A DNA stretch of 64,000 bases from Octopus vulgaris (Eukaryota): NCBI GenBank assembly GCA_951406725.2, contig OX597814.1:136090001-136154000 (forward strand), read 5' to 3'. Positions 36,646-50,688 of the stretch are shown piece by piece. A model generated the notes under the pieces. The model worked only from the letters and a program-made list of their open reading frames with translations, was not told the DNA's origin and did no database searches. How positions within the stretch are numbered: position 1 is the first letter of the stretch; the number at the start of each line of letters is the position of its first letter. The position numbers and the translations under genes are program-made.

Positions 36646-39600
36646 CCTTAGACATTATAACAGGCCTAAACATTTTGTGAGCTCCCAAAAAGTTTTACTT
36701 CAGATGATGTGACAGAATAATAAGTTAAGCCAGTGAAGAAACCTCAATATCAGGGATTCTTAAGAGTGTTAGTGACCCCTTGGCAGTGTTCTGCGCTCAA
36801 AAGAGGATGCTGGGAGTGGTGGTTTTTAGAGGGGTTGTGATACTTTTCAGAAATTACATATCTCACCAATTAAAAACCCTTATTTGGAACAGGGGATCTC
36901 GAAGCACACAAAGCTATAAATAATCCTTTCTATTATTAGGCACAAAGCCTGAAATTTTTGGGGAGGGTGCTAGTTGATTATATTGACCTTACTGCTCAAC
37001 CAGTACTTATTCATCGACCCCCCCAAAAGGATGAAAAGCAAAGCTGATCTCAGATTAAGCCAGAAGAAATGTTACTAAAGTCTGTTGTCTGGTATGCTAA
37101 TGATTCTGCCTGCTCACTGCCATATAAAGTTATAAATAATCCTTTCTACTATAGGCACAAGGCCCGAAATTTTGGGGTAGGGGACAGTCGATTACATCAA
37201 CCTCATTATGTAACTGGTACTTATTTCATCAACCCCAAAAAGATGAAAGGCAAAGGTGACCTTGGCGGAATTTGAAATCAGAATGTGAAGACAGACACTT
37301 GCTTACAACTATCACAGCAAGGAAATAGGCAGTCAGTCAGCCAGTCACACGCACACACACACACATGATGTGCATCTTTCAATTTCCGCTAACCAAATCC
37401 ACACACAGGCTTTGTTAATCCTGGATCTATAGCATAAGACACTTGTTCAATGGTCCATGCAGTGGTACTGAACTCAGAACCATGTGGTTGGGAAGCAAAC
37501 TTCTTACCACACACACAACAACACCTGTGCTCATATGTCTTTTAGTCTTTTGTTTCAGTCATTTGACTGGCCATGCTGGAGCACCACCTTGAAGGGTTTT
37601 ATAGTTGATGAAATCAACCCCAGGTCTTATTCTTAGTAAGCCCAGTATTTATTTTATCAGTTCTTTTGCTGAACTGCTAAGTTACGGGGGTGTAAACACA
37701 TCAACATTGGTTGTCAAGCAATGGTGGAGGAACAAACACAGGCACAAAGACACACACACACACACAAATATATACACATATATATATATATACATATATA
37801 CAACAGGCTTCTTTAAATTTCTGTCTTCCAAATCCACTCACAAGGCTTTGGTCAGCTTGAGGCTATAATAGAAGACATTTGCCCAAGGTGCTATACAGTG
37901 GGACTGAACCCAGAAGTTTATATGTAACTAAAATATGGTCAATATCGGAACATCTTTGATCACAGGCTTGCACAATCAGGAAATTTACTGTCTTAAAAGT
38001 GTCCATAGTGTATGCTTTGTCACATGTTGCTCCAGAATCAGAAGTTTCATTTAGAAATGGACAAATATCACACATGTGCATGCACCACATACACACACAC
38101 AAACATTAAGATGGTGAGTGGACAAGTGACTGGCCTACTACCTCCACTCCTGTTGAACTGTCACATCCTTTCAATCAATTAGAGCTAATAACTGTTATCA
38201 GCTAATCAACAATAATTAATTTAATTGATGCTTTTTTTTCTTCTTTGAAATTCAAACCCTTATAATACAACAAAAAAGTGGAGGAGATTGAAGTCTTGTA
38301 TCAATGGTTAGAAAGAAAATTCTTAAAAGATTCTCCTGTCTAGACACAAAATAATAAGTGACAGATGGGATCAGGAAAAATTATCTTCAAGATACTAAGT
38401 TTAATTATCCCAGAGCTTAAAAAAAAAATGAAAAATGAAAAATTACAATAAAAAAAGTGAAGTAATAAATAAGAAATATGACTAAATTGTCATAGTTTAG
38501 CCATATTGAAAGAGACTTGAAGAAAGTTAACAGATGTTATTGCCAGGAGTATGCTAAAAAATTAATTCAAAAGCCTAGTTCTATGACATGACAACACTAT
38601 TGCTGCTGCTACTACTACTACTATTAATAATAACAATCCTTTACACGATAGGTGGAAAGTCTGAAATTTTGTTGGAGGGGGCTAGTTGATTACACTGATT
38701 TCAGTGCTGAATGGTACATATTTCAATAATCCTGAAAGGATGAAAGTTGACTTGGTGGAATTTGAACTCAGAATGTGTTAGTAAGCACAAGCGTAGCTGT
38801 GTGGTAAGAAGCTTGCCTCCCAACCACATGGTTCCAGGTTTAGTTTCAGTGATCCTGGATAGATGAAAGACAAAGTTGACCTTGGTGGAATTTGAACTCA
38901 GGATGTGTTAATAGGTACAGGTGTAGCTGTGTGATAAGAAACTTGCTTCCCAACCACAATTCCAGGTTCAGTCCCACTGCATGGTACCTTGGACAAGTGT
39001 CTTCTACTATTGTCTTGGGCCAACCAAAGCCTTGTGAGTGTATTTGGTAGATGGAAACTGAAAGAAGCCTGTTTATTTATATGTGTATGTCTGTGTTTAT
39101 CCCTTGCCACTGCTTGGCAACCAGTGTTGGTTTGTTTATGTCCCTGTAACATAGCAGTTCAGCATAAGAGACCAAGAGAATATGTACCAAGACAAAAAAA
39201 AAAAAAAAAAAAAAAAAAAAGACTGGGGTTGATTCATTTGATTAAAATCCTTCAAGGTGGTGTTCCAGTATGGCCACTGTATAATGACTGAAATATAAAA
39301 AGTAAAAGAATAAACAAAATGCCACTAATCATTTTGTCCAGTGTGCTAATAAATTTCTTCCAGCTCACTGTTTTACTAAGAATAATTCTTTCTAATTTTT
39401 GCACATGGCTGGCAATTTTAGGGTATATGGGGCAAGTCTATTGCATTTACTCCTGTACTTGTGGCATGTAAAAAGCACCATCCGAACGTGGCTGATGCCA
39501 ACGCCGCCTAGACTGACTTCTGTGCCGGTGGCACATAAAAAGCACCAATCCGATCATGGCCATTGCCAGCCTTGTCTGGCACGTAAAAAGCACCAACTAC

Positions 39601-39986
39601 ATTCACGGAGTGGTTGGCATTAGGAAGGGCATCCAGCTGTAGAAACACTGCCAGATCAGACTGGAGCCTGGTGCAGCCTTCTGGCTTCCCAGATCCCCGG
39701 TCGAACCCATGCTAGCATGGAGAACGGACGTTAAACAATGATGATGATGAATGATGAACAGCAAAGTTGACCTCCATGGTTTTTATAATAATAATTGCTT
39801 CAAATTTATGTCCAATAGTTACAGGCATGGCTGTATGGTAAGAAGTTTGCTTCCCAAACACATGGTTCTGGGTTCACTCTCACTGTGTGGCATCTTGGGC
39901 AAGTGTCTTTTATTATGGCCTTGGGTTCCATAGCCTTGTGAGTGGATTTGGGAGTTGGAAACTGAAAGAAGTCCATTGTATATGTA

Positions 39987-40027
<41 letters not shown>

Positions 40028-40379
40028 CTTTGTTCTCCATTACTACTAGGCAACTGATGTTGGTGTGTTTACATTCCCGTAATTTAGTGATTCAGAAAAA
40101 GAGACTGATAGAATAAGTATAAGTATGAGGCTTTAAAAAGAGTACTGAGGTCAATTCATTCGACTAAAATTCTGCAGGGCCATGGTCAGATGAATGAAAT
40201 AAGTAAAAAATAAAAAAAAAATACGGCAGCAGTTTTGGTTAGTTGATACCTTCAACCCAAGGATATGACCTTGGTGGAATTTGAATTCAGAATGTAAAGC
40301 ACTGAAACAAATACAACATATTTTGTCTGGTGCTTTAACCATTCAGCCATCTGCTGCTGTCCTCTACATTAATTGTTTA

Positions 40380-40910
40380 TAATAATTGTTTCTAAGATAG
40401 GCACCATGCCTGTAATTTAGGAGAGGAGGTTAGTCAATTAAATTGCTTCTGGTGTTTGACTGGTATTGACTTCACTGATTGTGAAAGGATGAAAGGCAAA
40501 GTTGACCTCAAGTGGCATTTGAAATTCATAATGTAAAGACGAACTAAATGTGACTGCGCAATAATAATAATCCTTTCTACTAGGGGCACAAAGCCTGAAA
40601 TTTTGAGAGAGGAGGCTATTTGATTGCTTTGACCCCAGTGATAAACTGGTACTCATTTTATTGACCCCAAAAGAATGAAAGGCAAAGTTGACCTTTGCGG
40701 AAATTGAACTCAGAGTATAAAGACAAATACAATGTCACTAAGCATTTTGCCTGGTGTGCTAACAATTCTGCCAGCTTACTGACTGGTATTTATTTTATTG
40801 ACCTCAAAAAGATGAAAGGCAAAGTTGACCTTGGTAGAAAATGAACTCGGAATGTAATAATGGATGAAATGCTTCTAAGCATTTTGTCTGGCATGCTAAT
40901 GATTGTTAGC
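40380..40910 (-). mobile_element. Tandem cluster of family 2 SINE copies
   Basis: ATGAAAGGCAAAGTTGACC repeats at about 40490, 40675 and 40812 in the same orientation. Confidence 0.7.
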
Positions 40911-42626
40911 TCCATATTAATAATAATAATAATCATAATAAAGAATGACCTGATGCAGTATGAGGCAGTGGCTCTTATGGCTTCTAGTTGTAACTGATTG
41001 GAAGTGTTTTCACGTACATTATTTGTGGTAGCCCATCTTTATACCAAGACAAAAAACATTCTCCTTAATACCACAGATCTGTTTGTCACTTGTTTGACCT
41101 TAACCAATTGAGCATGTATCTTTGTGGCTGATGATATGAGCATCTCTGATCATGAGCAGAAGTAGTGGGGGAGCATCCTAGCCATGTGTTGAGAGGAATT
41201 CGTTGGGGTTTGGATAATTCATCTTTGGAAACATGGGTGTTTTGTTCAACATCCTTAAACAACCCTTATTCAGGGACCTTTTGATGGGCTACTCAACCCG
41301 AAGAAAATTCTAACTGGGTCCCACCTGCAAGGTCATGTGCTGTCTATCTTGATATGAGATCACCATGTTGTGCACATATGGTTGTGATGCATGTGCCTGG
41401 TGTACCCTTGTCAGACAGGTAGTCAGGATGGGTATATTGTGCTTGTATATTTTACCCCAGTGTCACTTTGATGGCATGCGTTGCTCTCTCATTCAATAAT
41501 AATAATAATAATAATAATGATGGTTTCAAATTTTGGTACAAGGCCAGCAAATTCATGAGAGGGGGATAGTTGATTATATCGACCCCAGTGTTCAACTAGT
41601 ACTTATTTTATCAACCCCCTAAATAATGAAAGGCAAAGTCAACCTTGGCAAAATTTGAACTCAAAATGTGAAGACAGGCATGCTAATGATTCTGACATAA
41701 TATGTATCCTTCTATAACCAGAAACCAGCCCATTTATTTGGAAAGAGAGTTTACATTGATAGAATTAGTCTCAGACAATGTAAACAAACTTTTCTGAAAT
41801 AAAGGACAGCTAACGTCATGATCCAGCAGACCTCGTTTGGTCAAAGACATTCTTGACAGGATCATACAATTGTGTATTTCTATTTTTTTTTTTAAGATGG
41901 TAAGTCAAGTGACATGATTTGAGGGAAGATTTGGCTGCCATTTCTAGCAGGCTGAGAGACCACATAGAGGCTTCTACGTTGGTTTACATTGGCATAAAGC
42001 CACACATTTCTAAAAAGTGAAGACTACAATCAAATATATCAGTGAAACTGGTATATGACTGATATATCCAAACAAAATGTTGAAATTCAAAAGCTGACTA
42101 GACAAATGTGGTAACAAAAATTTTCAACAATCAAATTGTCGATAACATTTATTTAGAAAAAAAAAAAAGTTTAAAAACTAAAGCAGTATATAAAAGAAGG
42201 CTGCCAAAAATAATTTGTTTTAAAATGAAAACAATTTTTAAAACTGAAATTATAAATTGTAAGTCACTGACCTAAAGCAAGTTCTCGTTTGATATGGTCA
42301 TTAACCTTAGTATGTTTTTTTTAAAAATCAATTATGTTAAATTAATCCCAAGTGATATTTATTTGAGAATTTCATGTTAGCTTGCAGGATTTTCTTGATG
42401 AGTTTAGGCATGGTCAGGTGGATTATTGAAATTGTTGTTTTTTTAAAAAAAAAATAAATCCACTTTAATTTGGTTGATAAACTAATCTAACAAAAGTCAA
42501 TTTCTGTGCATGTGTTCACATGGCTTCCTGGCTTAATTGGCAAGCCAGATAACTCCCACAAAAACAAGATGTATAGATACTTTCAACATACAAATAAAAT
42601 AAATGCATTCATACACATATTTATAG

Positions 42627-43157
42627 GAGTGGTTCTCAACAGGGGTCCATGTAAAAATTTGTTAAAATTTATGTGCAATAAATTGGTTATACTTCTAGAA
42701 TACACAAAATATTTCAACAATTTTTTAAATACAATTCCTAATATTTAATTACAAAAATATAAAAGGACTTTTTAAACATTGAATGCTTATGAGGGCCCAT
42801 ACAAGTACAATAAAAATTAAAGGGGTCCATCAACCATTTATCTATGGACTCTTTGATTACTATTTTATTCTGGTGAACCCCCATAGTCATTCGATATTAA
42901 AAAAAATAGTTTTATAAAAACTTCTTTCAAAATTCCTATTTTGTGTTGCAAACATCCATTTGTGTAGGTTGAAAAATGTAAAATGTTGGAGAGAGGGAAA
43001 CCTAGCAGTTTCTTGCAATATATACCAATAATATGTCTAGAGCAAAATTTTTTCAGTTCTCAAAATACTATTGAGGATCTCCAATTTTGTTATGTAGACC
43101 CTCAAAAATTTTACATGGACCCTCAGGGGCCATATGGATCCCCGTTCAGAACTACTG
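42627..43157. mobile_element. hAT-type MITE, same family as 30498-30829
   Basis: Termini are GAGTGGTTCTCAAC and GTTCAGAACTACTG, with a degenerate TSD atttatag/atctatac. Confidence 0.7.
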
Positions 43158-44664
43158 ATCTATACTAGCAAATGTAAATTTCTGTATGTATGGCTCAACC
43201 ACCACCCACAGAGAAGAGAGTTTACCCCAATAAATAGCATAAACTTAGAATCAGAATAACCACAGACCTGTGATTCAAATTCAAACCACTCTATAACACC
43301 TTTTTTTTGTGCTGTTTAAACCTGTTACTGTGGAAATCGGACAAATCTACTTAAAATTTCCTTACCCTTAACTGCAGAAAGCACATTTTTATAACCAAAC
43401 TACTTTTTGTTGAGAAATGTCATGTTTGAAACAAATTTTCGTAGAGAGATGTCAAGTTTATTGAGGTAATATGACTTACAGAAAATACCAATTCTAATTT
43501 TTGGTAGATATTTAACATCATTACTGCAATAACCATAAAATTTAATTTTGCAGTTAAAGTGTAAATGGTGTTATTTCAGAGTTTATTGTAAATGATGCTG
43601 TACAAATATTTCTTTTATTAAGAAAATTGGAAATGATAGAACTCATTTTATCTTTACTCATGGAAATACAAAATCTAAGAGCAGCATTTTAGTTTCAGAA
43701 GTAACAACATGAGTTCTATAAAACTGAATTCTAAGAGGTAAAAAAAAATAAATAAATAAAAGTCATTAAGCTCTCTTTCATGTTATTACAGTTTCCCAAT
43801 TTTCTTTTTATTATTGAACCAATGTAAACATCCTTACTTTCTATTGACAAAAATTTATCACCTTTTGCTAGTGTTAAACCATTTGTAACATCATTGCACC
43901 TTGAGTCTTTACACATTGCGCTGCATGTTGCTTTGCTTTCAACTGCTTTTAAAGCACACATACGACTCAGATTTGGTGCATGTGAATAGTTATGAAGAAT
44001 CTTTTGGATAATATTGGCCAAGTCAAATCATAGCTCAAAGCATTTCTAATGTTATCTCCAATAAACATGGGTTTCTTGTTTTCTGTTGACAAAGTAATAT
44101 GTATTCTTTAAACAAGAATTTTCTAATTCTTAAAAAAAAAAAAAATCATTGTTTTGCACCGTGCACAATGAGATCTGAAATGATTATTTACGTATTTAGT
44201 GTTAATATGTCCAGGTAAATAGTCATTTCCATGTAAATAATTGTTTCAGATCTTGTCATACATAGTTCAAATAACGATATTATACCATTTGCCAGATGGT
44301 AAGCATCGATCAGCAAATGATTTGTTTGCCGAAAATATAAACAAAGCCAGTGGCTGGATGCTTCTGGCTGATGTAACAAAACATGTTGAAACACCAGTAT
44401 CCTAGAATCCCATATTTCAATGAGCTGAGTCTGTTGAACACCCTGTTGTCATAAAAGGGAGGAGCTACTCAACTATAACTACAGCGACCAGCATAATTTG
44501 TGTCTGAACCTGTCTGGAAGTATTAAGTATATACAAATAATCTTTTCTAATTGTTACTAGTTACAAATTCCATTAATACAATATGGCAGAAAGTGTAAAC
44601 TAGTGTTTCTGGAAGTATTCTATGTTTGAGGGGAAAAATTTGCAGTGAGATAGATAGATAGATA

Positions 44665-44753
<89 letters not shown>

Positions 44754-45839
44754 ATGTACATGCACATGTGTGTGTAATAATCATCCACATGCTTATTATC
44801 AAGGCACTGGAAATTATTTGCTTCAAAATATGAGAAGAAACAACCTATATAAATGTCTAAATTTGCAGAAGTATTCAACCCTACCAGCACTGAAATGGGG
44901 AAAATAAAAATAGTAAATAAAGCGGAAAGAATATTAAAAAAGCAAAATTCCCCTGCATAAAACTTATTAATGAATATAAAATGTCTAAGTTGGTGGGAAA
45001 TTGAGGGAGTCAAGCATAAACTTTGGCACTATAGCACCTTCCGTTGGAACAGTGCCACAAAACTGTATTAGGATATCTATCTGTGCAAGTAAGTGTCTTT
45101 TACACACACATATTATATTTATTATATACATTGCATAATAGGAATGATAACAAGTAAACATATCATCTCAGAGTAATGGAGAAATAATTGCTAGACAGGC
45201 AATATTGAAGATGACAATATGATAGATGGGAGAGTAGACACATGTTTGAAGAACTACATAGTTTTATTGTCCTTCAAGTACACTATATGCTATGCCTAGT
45301 GGATGACAAGTTAATGTGCCGGGGTTGCTTGTCCAAAATGTCAAGCTTTGCTCTAAGCTTTGTGAGTGAAACTGGGTGGAAACCTATCGAGTGGATTTAA
45401 CTGTTGTTGGGTTGTAGACTTAACCCATTACTCAGTTTAACACAACCACCTGGTCCTTGGAAATTTTAGTGGACTCCGATCTGTATAATGTGCAAGTTGT
45501 GAGAACGAAGGACAAGATATCCTTTACTGTTCCAGAACCAATAAAATGAAGTACCAGTCCAGGCAATGGACTAGAAGAACAGTGGGTCACATGAAATACT
45601 TTGCAGCATTTATTTCAGCTCTTGGTGTTCTGACTTCTTCAGTGATGGATTTAAACCTTTGCTTGTCCTGTGTATCATATATGATGTATGGATGGAACTA
45701 AATACCATAGCATATTTAGGTTCAGGTGTAGCCGTGTGGTAAGAAGTTTGTTTCCCAACTACAGGATTCTGGGTTCTGTTCCACTGTGTGATACCTTGGG
45801 CAAGTGTGTTCTACGATAGCCCTGGGCCAACCAAAGCCT

Positions 45840-48377
45840 GCGTTGTTTATCGTCCCCCAAGTTACCATCGGGACACACAGCTTTGCAATGTCCTCCGAGC
45901 TGCTGCCAGGAAAACAGCCACTTATGTGTTTATTGCAGGCGATTTCAATCATCCTGAGATCGATTGGGAGACCTTCCATTGGCCACAGAGTGCAAACGAT
46001 TTTGTTGAGCTTGTGCTGGACTCAAACTGGTCACAAGTAGTCACCTCTCCAACAAGAGGCGACAACACCTTGGACCTGCTCTTCACCACAACTCCTGAAG
46101 CAGTTATCAATTGCACTACGGAGGAACCTCTAGGTGACTCTGATCATGCTATGATCATCGCCAATCTGGCTCTTGCGGGCAACAAAAACCTGAACCATCT
46201 CCAATCTGCTTCCTTCGATTGGAAGAGAGCAGATTGGAACCTGTACCACACTGAACTACAGCACCCAAACTGGCGTGAATTCTACAACTCTGGAGATGTG
46301 AATACTATACTCCAGAGTATCCTGGACTCAATATGGGCAGCATGTGCAGCATCAGTGCCACGTAAACAAAAAAAGAAGAACCGCCCCAAAAGGGCAATTT
46401 GGGAAACTTCAGCGGTCCGACTTGCCAGGAGGGAACGTCAGACTGCTGAACGGGAATACAGGTTGCATAAATCAGACACCAACAGGAAGAAGCGGAATAA
46501 ATCCTCCAACCATCTCAAGCAAGTGACAAAAAAAGCAGTGCTTGAATTTGAACAGTGCATAGCAGCCAATCCTGACAGCAAGGTTTTCTGGAAATATGTG
46601 CACTCAAAGCAGAGACCTCACTCTCCAGTGGGCCCTCTTCGCAACCCTCACACAAACCAGATCACTGACGACCCCAAGGAATGTGCAGAACTCATTGCCG
46701 AGTGCTATGCAAACATATTCACTGTTGAAAGTCAAAATGTACCATCTTCACCATCACTAACAGCAAACTCCATAACAACTATGGAATTTACACCTGCAAT
46801 GCTGCGACGTCACCTTCAAAATAAGCGCAACTATGCCTCCCCTGGTCTCGATGGAGTTACATACCTGCTTCTCAAACGTGGCAGGCACTTCCTTTTACAC
46901 CAGCTTTCTATTTTCTTCCAGTACTGTCTCAACAATGGTGCTACTCCGGAGCAGTGGAAAACTGCCAGTGTCATTCCTCTGTTCAAAAAGGGCGACCGCA
47001 CATCACCTGTCAACTATCGCCCAGTCAGTCTCACTAGCTGTATTGCAAAACTGATGGAATCGTGTGTCAGAGAAACACTCTGAAACTTCTGGAGCTCTCA
47101 CAGTCTCATCCGACCCTCACAATATGGATTTGTCCCTAACTCCAGCTGCAGTGACCAGCTTGTCGAGTTCCTTGAGGACATTACTCAGATTACTGACAGT
47201 GGCTCATGGGTGGATGTTGTCTACCTTGACTTTGCTAAGGCTTTCAACTCTGTACCACACAAAAGGCTTATGGTGAAACTCTCTGCAATGGGTGTGGGGG
47301 ATGACCTTTTTAACTGGTTGAAATCCTTCATCCTCAGCCGAAAGGAGGTAGTCACAGTTCTAGGACAGCACTCTACACCATATGAGATGTCATCGGGTGT
47401 ACCACAGGGATCTGTCCTTGGTCCCCTCTTGTTTGTGGCATACATTAACGACATAGATGCCAATTTAAAGAATGCCACAGTATTGAAATATGCAGACGAC
47501 ATCAAGCTGTACCTTGAAATCAAGAGGACAGATCCTGATGTCTACAACTCTTTCCTGCAATCAGACCTAGACACAATGCAGCAATGGATCACAGACTGGC
47601 AACTGAAACTGGCTGTGGACAAGTGTACCACCATGCATTTTGGGAGAAAAAACCCTGCGTTCACATACTCCCTCCACAACACTGATATCAAGAAATCCTC
47701 TTGTGAGCGTGACCTAGGCATCACTGTCAGCAGTGATTTGCGTTGGTCAAAGCATATCTCTAAGATTGTCAGGAAGGCCGAGGGTGTCTTGGCATCACTC
47801 AGCAGGTCTTTTGTTAGCCGCTCTCCAGCCATCTATTTAAAACTGTATACAGCTATGGTACGACCACACTTGGAATTCGCATCATCAGTTTGGAACCCCT
47901 ATCTTGCACAGAACATTGACCTCCTGGAATCTGTCCAGAGACGTGCAACCAAACGCATACCCTCCATCAGACACCTACCATATTCTGAGCGCCTTGTTTC
48001 CCTGGGCATGGATTCACTGAAGCTCCGGCGTTTGGCGACGGACTTGGTAAACACCCACAAAGTTATCAACCACCTCACCAACAACAACACTGAACACCTT
48101 TTTGATCTCCATGTGTCTAACACACGTGGACATGCCTACAAAGTCAGAAAACAATACAGCTCCCATGACTTTCGGAAACATTTTTTCACGCTCAGAGTTG
48201 CTGAAGCATGGAATAAACTGCCTGCGTCAGTTGTTGACTGCCATGACACTGCATCTTTTAAGGCCCTCATGCTTTCCGAAATCCGCCGAAACTACACCTG
48301 ATTATATATACACTTTAGATGAGTTGTAGTGCACCTGAGCACTGTACACAATTATTATTATTATTATTATTATTATT
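45840..48377 (+). mobile_element. CR1-group LINE, 5'-truncated within the endonuclease, with (ATT)n tail
   Basis: Motifs include YRPP, GDFNHP, LDLLFT, SDH, NYRPVSLT, GVPQGSVLGP and YADD. There is one in-frame TGA at 47081-47083 and the frame is otherwise open to 48301. A 3' hairpin GTGC-ACCTGA-GCAC precedes (ATT)n at 48351-48377. Confidence 0.93.
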
Positions 48378-49632
48378 CTGAGTTATTTGGTACATAGAAA
48401 TTGAAAACAGACCTATCATGTATGCATGTGTGTTACTATCTCCTTGCTTAGTGAAAAGAAAAAAAAATTATGAAGCAGAGGAAAGTAAAGGAAAGAACAA
48501 AAGTTGGCTGAGATCAAGAAATAATTAATGAAGAACTTAATTTAGGGTTAGTGATTCTGATACATTTCTTCTGGTTGTAAATTCCCACATGACAAAAGTA
48601 CAGCTCATCCCTAAGAATTAAATTTTGCATGATTTTTTTAACTACTCAACATTTCAGACTTGTACATGTCTAGCAAGTAACATGATATGAGACCATGTGT
48701 TGAAACTGAAGCAATTTTATCATGGAAAAACCATCTTAGTCATCTAAAAACACATAATAACTGTTAAATTCATTCTCTGTTTATTCTGTGAGGTGTGTCT
48801 TAGTCCATTAACACTTAACCTGGCCATATCTGGCCCAAATGCTCTGTTTGTTTTATGTTCAAACTGACCAAATCTAGCCATTACACCTATCTTACAAAGT
48901 TTATCTAAAAATAAACAATCACAACACTGAGATAATGCTTGATTAGTTGAAAACAATGTGAATAAATAAGCATTGCATTTAACAGAGCTGTCTGAATGCT
49001 AAGGGTTAAGACGGTTCAAATGGCTATTCCAAGATGTAATTGTAGTTTAACTACTAATAACCTATTAATGTTGGTTTCAAATTTTGACACAAGGCTAGCC
49101 ATTTTAGGAGAGGGACAAGCTGATTACACCAACCTCAGTGTTCAACTTGTACTTATTTTACTGATCCTCTCAGCAGATGATGGAAGGCAAAATTAACCTA
49201 GGCAGAACTTGAGCTTAAAGAATAAAGAACTTGAAGAAATACAGCTAAGCATTTTGTCCAATTTGGTAAAAGTTCTGCTAGATCGCTGCCTTATGTTAAG
49301 CCAGTAATATCGGAGCTAAAAGTTATGCTGTTAAAGTTACTTGACCTAGCTGGAAAAAGCAACTATATTTCTCTCATTTTATACTGCACCCTTCTAAAAA
49401 AAAAAAAAAGGGAAGCACACATTAAATAATGCATTTAGATAATCCAAAGAAAACTGTTGGTCAAGAATGGAATGCCTTGAGATAAAGGTCTGCTCTACTG
49501 GCGTTGATCTGGAGTTTAAAACACCACAACAACATTAGATTCATTTCATACCATATTTCAATAAAAAAATACTGCTATTTCAATAAATTTAAAAAATGAT
49601 GAATTTAATAAAAAAAATTTTGTCCATATTAA

Positions 49633-49850
49633 GCCTTTAGCATTTAAACGGACTGTAACTGGCCCTAATATTCTATGTGTCTTATGCTAAAGCTGATCAG
49701 ATCCAACCTATCATATCTACTCTACAATGTCATTCTAAAAATATACAATCATATCATTGACATCTTGAAGTTACAAGATGTGTGATTAATTCAAAAACAA
49801 TCTAAATAAATGCGCAATACATGTGACAAAGAAATCTGAATACTAAAGAG
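49633..49850. mobile_element. piggyBac-like TTAA MITE, same family
   Basis: TTAA-GCCTTTAGCATT ... AATACTAAAGAG-TTAA. Further copies lie at about 17185-17396, 31760-31925 and 48805-49005. Confidence 0.7.
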
Positions 49851-49871
49851 TTAAACTGGACATACTATTAA

Positions 49872-50021
49872 CCCTTTAGCATTTAAACTGGCCATATCTG
49901 GCCAAAATATTCTGGTTTTATATCATTGAAATCTCAAATTTTCAAGAAAATGGATGACTAATTCAAATGAATGTGAATAAATAAGTATTACATTTGATAA
50001 AGTAATCTGAATGCTAAAAGG
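49872..50021. mobile_element. piggyBac-like TTAA MITE
   Basis: TTAA-CCCTTTAGCATT ... AATGCTAAAAGG-TTAA. Confidence 0.75.
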
Positions 50022-50359
50022 TTAAAATGAAATTTTAATGGAAAGTTTTAATTTAGACTGCTTTAAATCATGGAATTTATATCATCAGGGGTGTCGTGAG
50101 TGGGTGGATATAAACGGGACTAAATGATGATTTCTCGCAACAGCTCAAAGTTATATGTAGAAGGCGTGTAGGGTTAACTGGATCATAAATACCAGTCAAT
50201 CACCACTCACTGGCATTTATTCTGCTAACCCTGGAGAGATGAAAAGTAATGTTCATACCTACCGAGATTTGAACTTAGAACATGAATTTATTTTAGAGCA
50301 ACTACTAGAGAGATACTCGGAAAATGAAAAAAAAATTCTATGTGTGATGTAAAAAAAAG

Positions 50360-50688
50360 GGTAATGAACCCCTTTGGTCATGAGTGACCATGGGATTCTA
50401 CCTAGAAAGTTTCCCTCCAAGGCACAAGTCTGGGCAAGGTTTATGGATGACCAGCAATCACCCATGAATACCAGCCCCCCCCTCTCCATACCACTGATGT
50501 TCCAAGAGAAAGACAACGGCTGATGCAACTTGGCACCAGTGACGTCACAACTCGTTTCTATAGCTGAGTGAACTGGAGCAACATGAAATAAAGTGTTGTG
50601 CTTAAAGAACACAACACAGCCTAGTTCAAGATTTGAACTCACTACCTCATGATTGTGAGCCTGACGCTCTAACCGCTGAACCATGCAT
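50360..50688 (-). mobile_element. tRNA-derived SINE, family 5
   Basis: The head ATGGTTCAGCGGTTAGAGCGTCAGGCTCACAATCATGAGGTAGTGAGTTCAAATC carries A and B boxes, followed by a non-tRNA body. Confidence 0.6.

Noticed and set aside
48541-48551. TTAGGG telomeric motif
   Set aside because: It is under two units long and expected by chance.
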